Part shown: positions 26,277 to 38,345 of the stretch, in pieces
Layout of the letters: every line of letters begins with the position of its first letter
Position numbering within the stretch: position 1 is the stretch's first letter
From: Octopus bimaculoides
Taxonomy: Eukaryota
DNA: 55,742 nt
NCBI RefSeq assembly: GCF_001194135.2
Contig: NC_069004.1
Span: 30,447,412-30,503,153, forward strand
Direction: 5' to 3'
Translations under genes and position numbers: made by a program
Notes under the pieces: model-generated
Databases searched by the model: none
Seen by the model: the letters and a program-made list of their open reading frames with translations, nothing else
Told to the model about the DNA's origin: nothing

Positions 26277-26760
26277 GACGTATAAGCCCAATATATTCAT
26301 TATAACTACTCGTCTGATAAAAGTACACCAGGCCACAGCGTCACAGTCATATGTGCACGACATGATGATCTCATATCAAGATAAACGGTGCACGACCTTG
26401 CAGGTAAGGCCCAGTTAGAAGTTTCATCAGGTCGAGTAACTCAACCTGTTCAAAAGGTCCCTAAACAAAACACCTATGTTTCCAGAGGTGAATTATTCAA
26501 ACCCCATAGAACTCCTCTCAACACATGGCTATGATGCTCCCCTACTACTTCTGCTTGTGATCAGAGATGCACATATCGTCATCCACCAAGTGACATACTC
26601 AACTGGTTAAGGTGAAACAACTGACAAGCAAATAATCTGTGGTATTGAGCAGAATATCTGCTGCAGCCCATCTTTTATACCAAGACAAAACAATGTACAC
26701 GATAATACTTTCAGTCAGTAAAGATGAGAAACCATGAGAGCCAGTGCCTGGTACTGCATC
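26277..26760 (-). mobile_element. ~480-bp non-coding retroposed repeat with (GAT/AAT)n tail (copy 2)
   Basis: Inverted homologue of 11331-11797; its tail runs into the array that precedes the R4/Dong fragment. Confidence 0.75.
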
Positions 26761-27499
26761 ACATCATGTATTGTTATTATCAAACCCGCCCCAGTGCTCT
26801 ATATATGGAAAGAGAGAGACAGAGAGACGGAGAGATAGATAGATACATGCATACAAACATGTATCTATCTATTGTAGATAGATACATAAGCAGGTAGATA
26901 GGCAGGTAGATAAATATATATGTAGAAGAGCAAATATAGACGATAGATAGATAAATTTACAAATAGGCAGGTAAATATATAGATGTATAAATAGATACAA
27001 ACATACATACGTATGTAGGTACGTAAGGTAAGTACGTACGTACCTACCTATCTAACCACCGACCTACATGTATACTTACGGACGTTCATACGTACATACA
27101 TACATACATATCTATATACATATATAGATAGATAAATAAATAGATATATACATGGATAAGTAGATATATATGTATATAGACGCATAAATAGATGGGTAGA
27201 GAGGTTAAAAATCGATAGGTAAATAGTAAAATGGGGTATCGTTGCAATTCGAACCAGATGTGTTTAGATCTTGAAACTCATTCTGTTAAACGCTAAGTCG
27301 ATAATCCATAATCCATCAATGGCTTAAAGGAGTTTTGTTGGGGAGGGGGCGGAACAACGGGAAAATATTCTGATAATCGCAATGAAATGTAATTTATAAG
27401 GAATATAAAAGAAAAGCGAAATAATGTGAAACAAAAGGATACATAATTGAAGCAAAATGGCTGCTGGCGATAAATCATGCAATCAAAATGGCGTTTCAA

Positions 27500-28365
27500 T
27501 TAAGGAATGTTTTCTCAGTTAAACTAATTAGCGATGATAGCAACAACAACAACAACGGTGAGGACGAAGGCGACGACGAGAATAAAATCAACAATAACGA
27601 TAAGTAACAACAACAAGTGCAACAACTACAATAATGGAAATAACTACAACAACGATGATGACGACAGTAATGGCGATGGCGTCGACGCAAAGAAATACTG
27701 ACGACTAGAACAACAACAACAACAACAACAACAATAATAATAATAGCAACAATCAAGACAACTGCAACAGCAACAACAACAATAAGGAGAAGAACATCCG
27801 AAGAAGAAGAAGACGAAGAAGAAGGAGAAGGAGGAGGAGGAGAAGAAGAAGAAGAAGGAGAAGAAGAAGAAGAAGAAGAAGAAGAAGAAGAAGAAGAAGA
27901 AGAAGAAGAAGAAGAAGAAGGAGAAGAAGAAGAAATAGAAGAAGATGATGATGATGATGATGAAGAGGATGTTGAAGAAGATAATGAAGGAGAAGAAGAA
28001 GAAGAAGAAGAAGAAGAACAACAACAACAACAACAACAACAACAACCATAACAATAATATGAACAAGTATGAAATAGTAATAACAACAACATCATCAAAT
28101 CAAAGCAATAAATATTAACCACGACAATCGCAGCAGCGTCGAGATCATAATCGTCGTCGTCGTCGCCGTGGCAATCGTCTTTCGTTGTCATCCTAGTCAT
28201 CACCAGCAGCATCGTTGTTGCTGTCATCGTCATCATTGTCGCCGTTGTCATGATGATGATGATGATGATGATGCATCTTAATCATCATCATCTTCGTCGT
28301 CGCCGCCATCGCGCTCATCGTCGTCGTCGTAGTCATCATCATCATCATCATCATCATCATCTACG
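27500..28365. repeat. Compound (AAC)/(GAA)/(GAT)/(CAT) degenerate trinucleotide field
   Basis: Directly visible; related fields at 24140-24310, 38740-39140 and 45150-45515. Confidence 0.9.
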
Positions 28366-28489
28366 TTCTGAGTTCCAATCCTGCCAACGTCGACTGTATC
28401 TTTTAATACTTAGTACTGGGATCGATGTCATCCACTTGCCCCTCCCCTCAAAATAACAACAAACACAACAATATTATATTGGTTCCTAC

Positions 28490-28935
28490 TATAGGAAATA
28501 ACCGCTAAGTTATGCAGACGTAAATATACCAACTACGGTTGTTAAGCGGTGGCGGCTGACAAACACAAACACAAACGCACACACACACACAACGTGCTTC
28601 TTTAAGTTTCCGTCTACCAAATCCACTCACAAGGCTTTGGTCGGTCCGAGGCTATAGTAGGAGACACTTGCCCAAGGTGCCATGAGGTGAGACTGAACCT
28701 GGAACCATGTGGTTAGGAAGCAAGCTTTTTATCACACAGCCATGCCTGCGCCTACATACATACATACATAAATATTTATACGATGAGCTTCTTTTAGTTT
28801 CCGTCAACCAAATCCACTCGCAAGGCTTTGGTCAGCTCGAGGCTATGGTAAAAAACTCTTTCCCAAGGTTTCATGCAGTGGGACTGAACCCAACCATGTG
28901 GTTGGCAAGAGAACTTCTCACCACACAGCCACACC
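28490..28935 (-). mobile_element. Two tandem SINE family A copies
   Basis: 28490-28750 (3' part, (CA)n, head) and 28780-28935 (second head). Confidence 0.8.
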
Positions 28936-30114
28936 TGAACCTGTTAAACCGAAAACAACAGTAACATTCACAACAACAGCAACATTGATAATGAAAGCTA
29001 TAACTGTTTTACGACAGAAGGAAGCCAACATCAACAACAATGACAAAACAATTCAAATAACAACAGCAATCGCTACAAGAACAACAAAAGCTGCAGCACC
29101 AACAACAAAAGCAACAACTGAAGCGTTAGTAATAACAGTGGCACTCAAAGCAACAGAGGAAATTAGCGAAACATTTATAATTTCCTCATGAAAAATCCTC
29201 AAGGCACGTCAAACTGATTTTGGCGGCCATTCTCACAGTTTCGTTCATTGTGAAATTTACCCATTAATTCTATTTGCGTTCGTTTCCTGGCAAGTTTTTC
29301 AAACACGTATCATTTCTCTATTTACATTCGGTACCCTTAGGCAAGTTTTTCTATCCCCTATATTGCATTGTTTACCTTCAGTTTCTTTCATTCAATTTTA
29401 AATTAACAAAGTTATGGCTTTCTTTCTTTCTTTATATTTTAATTTTTAATTTTATTAAAAAAAAAAATTTTTTTTGCTGTTTTTGACTAGATACAAATCA
29501 TTTTATATTTATATATTTTTAGAATTTTCTATTGATTTTCTATCGAAAGGGAGGACTAATAACTTTCAGATCAATAAAATCGATGTTTAGATATTGTTGT
29601 TGTTGTTGCTATTTAGCCACAGTTCGATACCGTGAACAGGCGTACGTATAATTACATCATCTCATTTGTCCTTCCTTTTTCTTTAAAGATAGTAGGGTTT
29701 GAGCTGAGAGAGAGAGAGAGATCACTATTGTTTCCGGTCAGGTGACCGTTCGTGTTAAAACAGCCGTTCTCGTTTAATTCCCCCAATTAAGCAACTTCAA
29801 GGCTGTTTCTCTGCTAGGAGGAAGAAGAAGGATGTGAGGATTTAAGCAGGGCCCTTCATCAAATTTAGAAAATTATTTCAATAAATATTATGAGACATAA
29901 GCTAGAAAACAATCAAATCTTTTATCAAATCACATCCTGTTGCCTTCAAAATGAAAAGAAGTACAGCGTAGTCAATTATAAATAATTTGAATAAGTTGAA
30001 TTGGTTCGACTGGTTTAACTGATGATGGGTAATAGGCTGAAACGTGTCTATAGTTGTCACCCGGATGCCAAACCATTATCAGAAATTTCTTCCTCAAAAC
30101 AATTTTCAGAAATA

Positions 30115-30305
30115 AATTAGCATCGGTTGTCAAGCGATGGTGGACGGACAAACACAAAGATGAACACGCATAAATATATATTTATATATATACGACAGGC
30201 TTCTCTCAGTTTGGTCGACTTGAGGCACAAAGTGCCACGCAGTGGGACTGAACCCCCTACAGTTTGGTTAGTAAGCAAGCTTCTTATCACACAGCCACTC
30301 CTCCG
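30115..30305 (-). mobile_element. SINE family A, internally deleted
   Basis: ggttgtcaagcgatggtgg...acgacaggcttctctcagttt...gcagtgggactgaacc...cacacagccac. Confidence 0.75.
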
Positions 30306-30684
30306 CCTAGTTTCTTACCATATAACCACGCCTGTTTATATATGATTGTGTGTGTATATAGTCATCTATATATCTGCGATCTATGCACCATCTGCGAATC
30401 TGTACTCGAAACAGCTGTAGGGAACTTTCTACATACCTTCTTCATTCCTTCCTTTTTTGGGGGGGAGGGGGGTTTAATTCCAATCGAAGTCGAATTTTTA
30501 GACTTGAACATGAAGCTCAAGTTTCAGTGAAGAACGAAGCCATAATTCAAATGTGTTCCGTCTTTTTCATTGAACAAATACTATACTATGTGTGTGTTTG
30601 TATGTATGTATGTGAGCGTGCGTGTGTATGTATGTGTGCGTGTATGTATGTGCGTATGTATTCATGCATGTATATATATATATA

Positions 30685-30719
<35 letters not shown>

Positions 30720-31990
30720 NNNNNNNNNNNNNNNNNNNNNNNNNNNNNNNNNNNNNNNNNNNNNNNNNNNNNNNNNNNNNNNNNNNNNNNNNNNNNNNNN
30801 NNNNNNNNNNNNNNNNNNNNNNNNNNNNATATATAAAGACGTATGCATACATATGTGTATTGTGTGTTTCTGCGCGCCTTTGTTCACTGTAGGTGATTCA
30901 TTCGGTTATTCCGTTGCTAATCAGAGTTTCACACTTAATCCGATCTTTCAACCAACCACAAAACATACAATTTACTCCTTACACCACATTCTTTCCGTCA
31001 TCTTTTGTTCCTATTCTAGTTTTCTAATATTGATTTCTTTTCATAATTTTTCGTCAATTGATTTTTTTCTTTTGTTTTTGTTTTTCTTGATCTCTTCACG
31101 TTTCGTTTCCTTGTTGTCATTGTAACTTCTTGCATTCTTGAATTTTTAACAATGTTTTATTATGGTTGTTGTCGTTGGTGGTGGTCGTCGTAGTGTTGTC
31201 ATTGTCGCTGTTGGTGTTGTCGTCTGTTATACTTTTGTTGTTGGTAATGTTGTTGTATTTTATGTTGCTAGTGCTATTTTTGTCCCCGTTGTTGTTCCTA
31301 TCATCGTCGCAGTTCGTTTATGATTATATATATATGCTTGTTTGCCATTTTCTTTTTATTGTTGTTTATGTTGCTAGTGCTATTTTTGTTGCTAATGTTA
31401 TTGATACTATAATTACTGTTATTGGCGCTGTTTGTATAAGCTTATTTTGCTAATTTTTCTATTTTCTTCTTCTACAACATCATTATGTTTGCCATAGTTT
31501 TGTTGTTGCTGTAGTTATCATTATTCATTATTATTATTATTATTGTTATTATTATTATTATTATCATTAGTAAAGAAAACATTCTCATCATGGTTACTAA
31601 TATTATTGTGGTTACTGTTTAATTTTTTGTTATTGTCATTATTATTGTCGCTATTATTCTTCTTATAGCCATTATTACTATTTGTTTTATAATTTATTAT
31701 TATATTTATTATTATCATCATCATCTTCATCAACATGATCATCATCATCATCATCATCATCAACATCGTCATCATCATCACCATCGTCGTCGTCGTCGTC
31801 ATCATCATCGACATCATCATCATGATCAACATTATTATCATTATGGGAATGCATCATTATTTATCATCATCATTATTATTATTATTCGTAGTAGTAGTAG
31901 TAGTAGTAGTAGTAATACTATTTTTGGTATTGTTATTATTGTTGTTTCTATTGCTCCCCTTCTTCTTACTATTATTAATATTAGTGTCAC

Positions 31991-32030
<40 letters not shown>

Positions 32031-32299
32031 ACTATTACTCTTACTGTTGTTACCTTTATCATTGCGACCAATAGTATTATTAATCGTATGCTTCGCACTA
32101 TACAAAAGCAACATTATCATTATTATTATTATTAGAAGTATTTATATCATTTTATAAGTACTTTTATTGTTATCATTACTGCTCCCGTTATTATGTTTCC
32201 AGTTGTTAGTATTATTCGTGCTCGTATTGTTATCATTTGTACTAATATTGTAAGGCTTATTATTATCACAATTATTACGGGTGATATTATTATCGCCTA

Positions 32300-32330
<31 letters not shown>

Positions 32331-32723
32331 GTTATTATTATTATTATTATTATTGTTATTATTTATTATTATTATTATTGTTATTATTATTATTGTTATT
32401 ATTGTTATCATCATTATTATTATTATAATTATCATTATTGTTATTATTATTATTGTTGTTGTTGTTGTTATTTGCTTGTTTGTTCGTATCTGTGTCGCAA
32501 CGTTTTGTTTTATTATTTATTTATTTATTTTTTTTGCGTTGCATTCCTTAGAATTCTATGAAATTCTGGTGACAACCGTTGCGGCTTTTGTCAAATGTTT
32601 AATACAGAAAACCAAGAAGAAACTAAAATAACCTATTTGAAAAGAAGACGTATATATACATATACATACACACATATATGTACATATATATATATTTATG
32701 TACATATATATATACACATGCAC

Positions 32724-32763
<40 letters not shown>

Positions 32764-32888
32764 ACGTATATATACACGCATATTGTGTGTGCGTGTGTGT
32801 GGGTATGTGTGTGTGGGGGTATACGTATATACCTTTAGAAAATTAGCTTTTCATGCAATCATAAAATTACGCACACAAACATACAGAC

Positions 32889-32926
<38 letters not shown>

Positions 32927-32976
32927 ATATGTATGTGTATATATATGTGTATATATATACATAGACATTTATATAT

Positions 32977-33021
<45 letters not shown>

Positions 33022-33399
33022 CATATAATCATATATACATGTATATATATAAATATACAAAATTATATATATATAGGCATACACACACATATATAATCAT
33101 ATATGTGTATGTGTGTGTGTGTGTATGTACATACAAGATACACACATATACACATGCGCACCAGAGCAACTAATCGCAAGTATCACCCCACGTTTGCACC
33201 TTCCCCTCCTCCTTCTCCCCATAAACGAACCCAGAAGTGAAGGTGTGGAAACATGGTGGGTGGGTCGGTGCAGCTGGTAGGGTTTTCGTTAGTGTTACTA
33301 TATCCTTCAAAATGCGCATGGGCACATACAAATACAGAGACACACACGCATGCTTGTATGTGTGTGTGTGTGTGTGTGTGTGCGTGTGTATTCTATTCT

Positions 33400-33580
33400 T
33401 TTACATGTTTCGGTCCTCTGACTGCGGCCATGCTGGAGCACAGCCTTTAGTCGAACAAATCGACCCCAGGACTTATTCTTTGTAAGCCTAGTACTTATTC
33501 TATCGGTCTCTTCCGCCGAACCGTAAACACACCAAGATTGGTTCTCAAGCGATGGTAGCGGAAAACACAGACACACAAAC
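33400..33580 (-). mobile_element. SINE family A, 3' half
   Basis: gactgcggccatgctggagcac...gtcgaacaaatcgaccccagg...aagcgatggt. Confidence 0.8.
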
Positions 33581-33605
33581 TTGTATATAAATATANNNNN
33601 NNNNN

Positions 33606-33640
<35 letters not shown>

Positions 33641-33689
33641 CTCATGTAGTGCTTTATTGCATCGACGCCCGACAGCCTCAAAGACAAAA

Positions 33690-33790
33690 AAGCTTTCGGT
33701 GAAATTTGAGCCCTAGACTTAGTGATTCAGAGGAAACGCTGCTAAGCGTTTTGTCCAAAGTGTTACCGATTCCATCATCTCGCTGCTTTT
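33690..33790 (-). mobile_element. SINE family B head, old copy
   Basis: gaaatttgagcc...gctaagcgttttgtcc...ccgattccatcatctcgctgc aligns by eye to the family B head. Confidence 0.5.
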
Positions 33791-35269
33791 GCTTCAATTT
33801 TTGGCAGAAGGCCCGCAATTTCGAACGAAGGGAACAATTCCTCTGCATAGATTTCAGTATTCGACGTGTACGTATTTCAACGACGGCGAAAGGATGTAAG
33901 ACAATTACACACGCACACACACACATATATATGAACAGGCGACACTTCACGTTGGTTTTCATATTTAATATGACTCAAAATTTCTGCAGTTGTCTTCCCC
34001 TACCTGTTTCGGACCATGTTTGCTAATTAAGATAATGAATGGCTCTCGTCACTAAGAGTGCACTTCTAATGAATTAAAATATATTGGCTTACTACATCAA
34101 GTGTTCTAGAGACCAGATTAATATGCGTGTATGTATATATGTATGTATGTCTATATGTATGTATGTATATATGGATGTATGCGTGCATGCATACATGTGT
34201 GTCTGTGTATATATGTATGTATTCACGTATGCGTGCATGTGTGTATATATGGATGTATATATGTGTGCATGTATTTGTATGTATGTATGTATGGATGGAT
34301 GTATTTATGTATGTATGCATGTCTACATGTATGTGTGTATATATGTGTATGTATGTATGTATGTATGTATGTGCATACCTACATGTATGTGTGTATATAT
34401 ATATATGCATGTGTGTGTGTATATGTTCGTATGTATGTATATGAATGTATGTATGCATGTGTGGCATGCATGTACGTTCTCTTCCATTATTAATTATCGA
34501 TTATCCAACCAGGAAGAAGCTGGTTTCTAACAAAGATACAAGACTCCATCTATGGATAAGAAAACAGCGTCACATTGTAAACTTGCGAAAAGTCTTGCAT
34601 TTTTTTATTGTTCCACTTACAGATTGCATTTATTACGTGCGAGTTAAATGATTGATTTCTTTTTCTGAAAACCCCAGCTTAGACAGATTATCAGTTAGGC
34701 ATTTACGCACAAAACAAAATGCACCAATCATTTTAGGTATAACTGAGAATTTATAATCTGGATAAAGAAACTGAAGGTTTTGAAGCAGTTATCCATCGTT
34801 ATCCTCTTTGAGTTTCAAAGAGATATTCACGTCAGCAGCACTGCTAACTTCTATGACGTTACATACTTCTTCTCTGTCCCAAACAACAATGTCCGGTCTA
34901 TTCTGCTTGCTTTTGTAAGACGATTTAATGGGAATGTTCCACTAGCATCCTTTGTGTTGGTATTTTTGTATGCCTTCAATAACAAGGGGATTCTCTACAT
35001 TTATTCCAGCGTAGTATATCCTTTACAGCAACACACCTGTTCCTGTCCTCTTTCTTATTAACTCTCTCTTCCTCTCTCTCTTTCTTTCTTTCTTTCTCTC
35101 TCTTTCCCCCTCCTTCTATCTCTCTGTCCCCCTCTTCCCCTCTCTCTGGCTGGGTATCTATGTACTTCTCCTACGGTAAGACACCTATTTCTGTCTCTCT
35201 CCCACTCTAATCGTTCATCATCTGACACAAGATCCCTTCCTACAATGCCCCTCTCCCCTCTCAAAGTTA

Positions 35270-35475
35270 CTTGGTGACCCCTGCCAGTGCTTGTGCCTCA
35301 TAAAAAGCACTCAGTCCACTCTGCTGGGTGGTTGGCGTTAGGAAGGGCATCCGGCCATAAAAATCGTTCCAAAACAAGCACAGAAGTATGGTGTAGTCTT
35401 CTGTCTGGCCAGCTCCTGTCAAACCGTCTAACCCATGCCAGCGTGGAAGGAGGACGTTAAACAATGATGATGATG
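35270..35475 (+). mobile_element. RTE-associated repeat ending in (GAT)n
   Basis: Contains gtggttggcgttaggaagggcatcc...cccatgccagc...ggacgttaaa followed by a (gat)n tail; recognised as a recurrent RTE-related sequence. Confidence 0.55.
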
Positions 35476-35559
35476 ATAATGCATGGTTACATACATACAC
35501 ATATATATGTGTGTGTTTGTGTGTTTATGTGTGTGTATGTGCATTCTTTTTTTTGTTTC

Positions 35560-35685
35560 AGTTATTTGACTGCGGCCATGCTGGAGCACCGCCTTAAAGA
35601 GATTTTAAGTCGAAGAAATCGAACCCAGGATTTATTGTTTGTAAGTCTAGTATTTATTCTATCTGTTTCTTTTGCCGAACCGCTA
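35560..35685 (-). mobile_element. SINE family A, 3' half, interrupted by the hammerhead inverted repeat
   Basis: tttgactgcggccatgctggagcaccgcc...ttttgccgaaccgcta stops abruptly just before 35688. Confidence 0.8.
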
Positions 35686-35719
35686 TCTGAATAGTTTTCA
35701 GAACATTTATAAAGGGAAG

Positions 35720-35767
35720 GTCTTACAGCTGTTTCCCGGATATTTTATATATCCCTTCATCAGAGAC
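35720..35767 (-). ncRNA. Minimal Penelope-type hammerhead motif (left arm of inverted repeat)
   Basis: The reverse complement reads GTCT-CTGATGA-AGGGATATATAAAATATCCGG-GAAAC-AGCT-GTA-AGAC, a near-identical copy of the + strand motif. Confidence 0.65.
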
Positions 35768-35803
35768 GGTGCAAGAAAATGTTTTCTCGCATTTTCTCGC
35801 ACC

Positions 35804-35851
35804 GTCTCTGATGAAGGGATATATAAAATATCCTGGAAACAGCTGTAAGAC
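35804..35851 (+). ncRNA. Minimal Penelope-type hammerhead motif (right arm of inverted repeat)
   Basis: GTCT-CTGATGA-A-GGGATAT-ATAAA-ATATCCT-G-GAAAC-AGCT-GTA-AGAC: 4-bp stem I, 7-bp stem II, palindromic stem III (ACAGCTGT), GUA triplet with predicted cut after 35847. An A.G apposition replaces the canonical 10.1-11.1 pair. Confidence 0.7.
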
Positions 35852-35977
35852 CTCCTTATAAATGTTCTGAAAACTATTCACAGCCTTGGATTTTTTATCT
35901 CATTCTCTTAATTTATATATTTATTTATTTATTTATGTGTTTCAGCCAAGTGGCTGCGGTCATGCTGGTGCACCACC

Positions 35978-36067
35978 ATCTGTAATATAATATGTGACCG
36001 CCCCGACATCCGAAACTCGGAGTTTGATTATGGTAACCGAATAATTGTCACATATTATATTGCAGAT
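35978..36067. repeat. 90-bp MITE-like hairpin with 21-bp terminal inverted repeats
   Basis: atctgtaatataatatgtgac (35978-98) / gtcacatattatattgcagat (36047-67), 1 mismatch; internal mini-hairpin tccga-aac-tcgga. Confidence 0.8.
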
Positions 36068-36141
36068 AAATTCCTCTATTTACATAATATCGAGGTCTCT
36101 TTCTTTTGTTGTCTTTCCATTACTATTAATATATATATATA

Positions 36142-36385
36142 TTTGAATGTGGTGTGTGCCAGAGGGTTTGCAAATCCAATGGGGGTCTTAAAAGACATGT
36201 TAGGATCCACAATGAGCAGAACTTACTTGCAGGTATTGGTAGTGCAAATCAGAGGTGCAATCTGTGTGGGTGTTTTTTCAAAACACTGTCTGGTTTAAAA
36301 AGCCACATCAGACGCCATGAAAGGGCTAAGGTGTAGGTGCAGGAGGTGGTCAAACTCTGTTTAAGGAGTAGACAACCACCATATA
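36142..36385 (+). mobile_element. RTE-type LINE 3' end with two C2H2 zinc fingers and short 3' UTR
   Basis: FECGVCQRVCKSNGGLKRHVRIH...RCNLCGCFFKTLSGLKSHIRRHERAKV* (stop 36334-36). There is no TGEKP linker; a 3' UTR of about 45 nt then a microsatellite follows, as expected at RTE-clade 3' ends. Confidence 0.6.
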
Positions 36386-37709
36386 TATATATATTTNNNN
36401 NNNNNNNNNNNNNNNNNNNNNNNNNNNNNNNNNNNNNNNNNNNNNNNNNNNNNNNNNNNNNNNNNNNNNNNNNNNNNNNNNNNNNNNNNNNNNNNNNNNN
36501 NNNNNNNNNNNNNNNNNNNNNNNNNNNNNNNNNNNNNNNNNNNNNNNNNNNNNNNNNNNNNNNNNNNNNNNNNNNNNNNNNNNNNNNNNNNNNNNNNNNN
36601 NNNNNNNNNNNNNNNNNNNNNNNNNNNNNNNNNNNNNNNNNNNNNNNNNNNNNNNNNNNNNNNNNNNNNNNNNNNNNNNNNNNNNNNNNNNNNNNNNNNN
36701 NNNNNNNNNNNNNNNNNNNNNNNNNNNNNNNNNNNNNNNNNNNNNNNNNNNNNNNNNNNNNNNNNNNNNNNNNNNNNNNNNNNNNNNNNNNNNNNNNNNN
36801 NNNNNNNNNNNNNNNNNNNNNNNNNNNNNNNNNNNNNNNNNNNNNNNNNNNNNNNNNNNNNNNNNNNNNNNNNNNNNNNNNNNNNNNNNNNNNNNNNNNN
36901 NNNNNNNNNNNNNNNNNNNNNNNNNNNNNNNNNNNNNNNNNNNNNNNNNNNNNNNNNNNNNNNNNNNNNNNNNNNNNNNNNNNNNNNNNNNNNNNNNNNN
37001 NNNNNNNNNNNNNNNNNNNNNNNNNNNNNNNNGGAGGAAGAGACAGGAGGGAGATGTGGTTGGAGGGAAAGACTGGGTGAGTGGGTGTGGTGGAGGTGTG
37101 AGGGGGTGAGAATCTATGAGTGAGGGGAGGGGGGGTTTAGAGGCTGATTGAAGACAAACGCGCACACACACAGACTCATACACACACACATACACACGCA
37201 CACACATACACACACGGGGAAGCACTTGAGATTGGTGTCTTAATGATAGCATCTTTTAAGTGTGTCTTAATTGATGCAGACTTCGAACTCCTACCTCCAC
37301 CCGCCACATCCCACTAGCACCACCGCCGTCACCACCACCACCTCCACCACTACGGCCATCTCCAATACCACCCTCTACACTTTGCTAATCTTAAGTATGA
37401 TGCTCTCTCTGTCTGTGTCTGTCTGTCTGTCTCCTTCCCTCTCTCTCTCTCTCACTTTCTCCTCTGAAAAAATCTTCCATCACCAGCACCACCACCGCCA
37501 CCACCATCGCCATGAACAACGTCGAATGCTCAGATGTACACACGCACCACCACTCCCACTACCACTACCATCATCACCATCATTATCAACACCACAATAC
37601 CACCACCACCACCACCACCACCACCACCAATACTATTACGCTGGTACATCACCTTTGCATTACCTCTTCTACATACACACACACACATATATATATATAT
37701 ATCTTGTAT

Positions 37710-37971
37710 CTGTTACTTGTTTCAGTCTGCGGCCATGCTGGGGCACCGATTTGAAAAGTTTTCCAGTCAAACGAATCGACCCCTGCAAAGCTTGGTACTT
37801 ATTGCGTTGGTGCCGTTTGCCAAACCGCTAGGTTACAGGGATCGTAAACGCACAAACACCGGTTGTCAAGCGGTGGCAAACACAGACACATAAATACCCC
37901 CCCATATATATATATATATATATACACATACACACATGTATATATGCATATATATGTATATATAAACATAC

Positions 37972-38010
<39 letters not shown>

Positions 38011-38345
38011 TATATATATATACACATATACATATATACACATATATATATACATANNNNNNNNNNCACACACACACACATATATATATATACACATATA
38101 CATATATACACATATATATATACATATACATACATACACACACACACATATACACATACACATATATGTATACATATATACATATATACATACACACACA
38201 CACATATATATCTGTCAAATCCACTCACAAGTGTTTGGTCGACCTGAAGCTATAATAGAGGACATATGCCGAAGTTGCCACGCAGTGGGACTGAAACCAA
38301 AACCATGTGATTGGGAAGGAAGCTTCTTACCAGACAGCCACGCCT
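37710..38345 (-). mobile_element. SINE family A with internal microsatellite expanded to ~330 bp
   Basis: 3' half 37710-37890, (TA/CA) tract, then 5' half 38210-38345. Confidence 0.8.

Larger units (their letters stand above)
35688..35880. repeat. 193-bp inverted repeat (94/91-bp arms, 8-nt loop), probable Penelope-like terminal-repeat inversion
   Basis: Arm 35688-35781 is the reverse complement of 35790-35880 with 2 substitutions and a 3-nt indel; loop TTTTCTCG. The right arm continues into a non-mirrored tail (cagccttggatttt). Confidence 0.9.
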
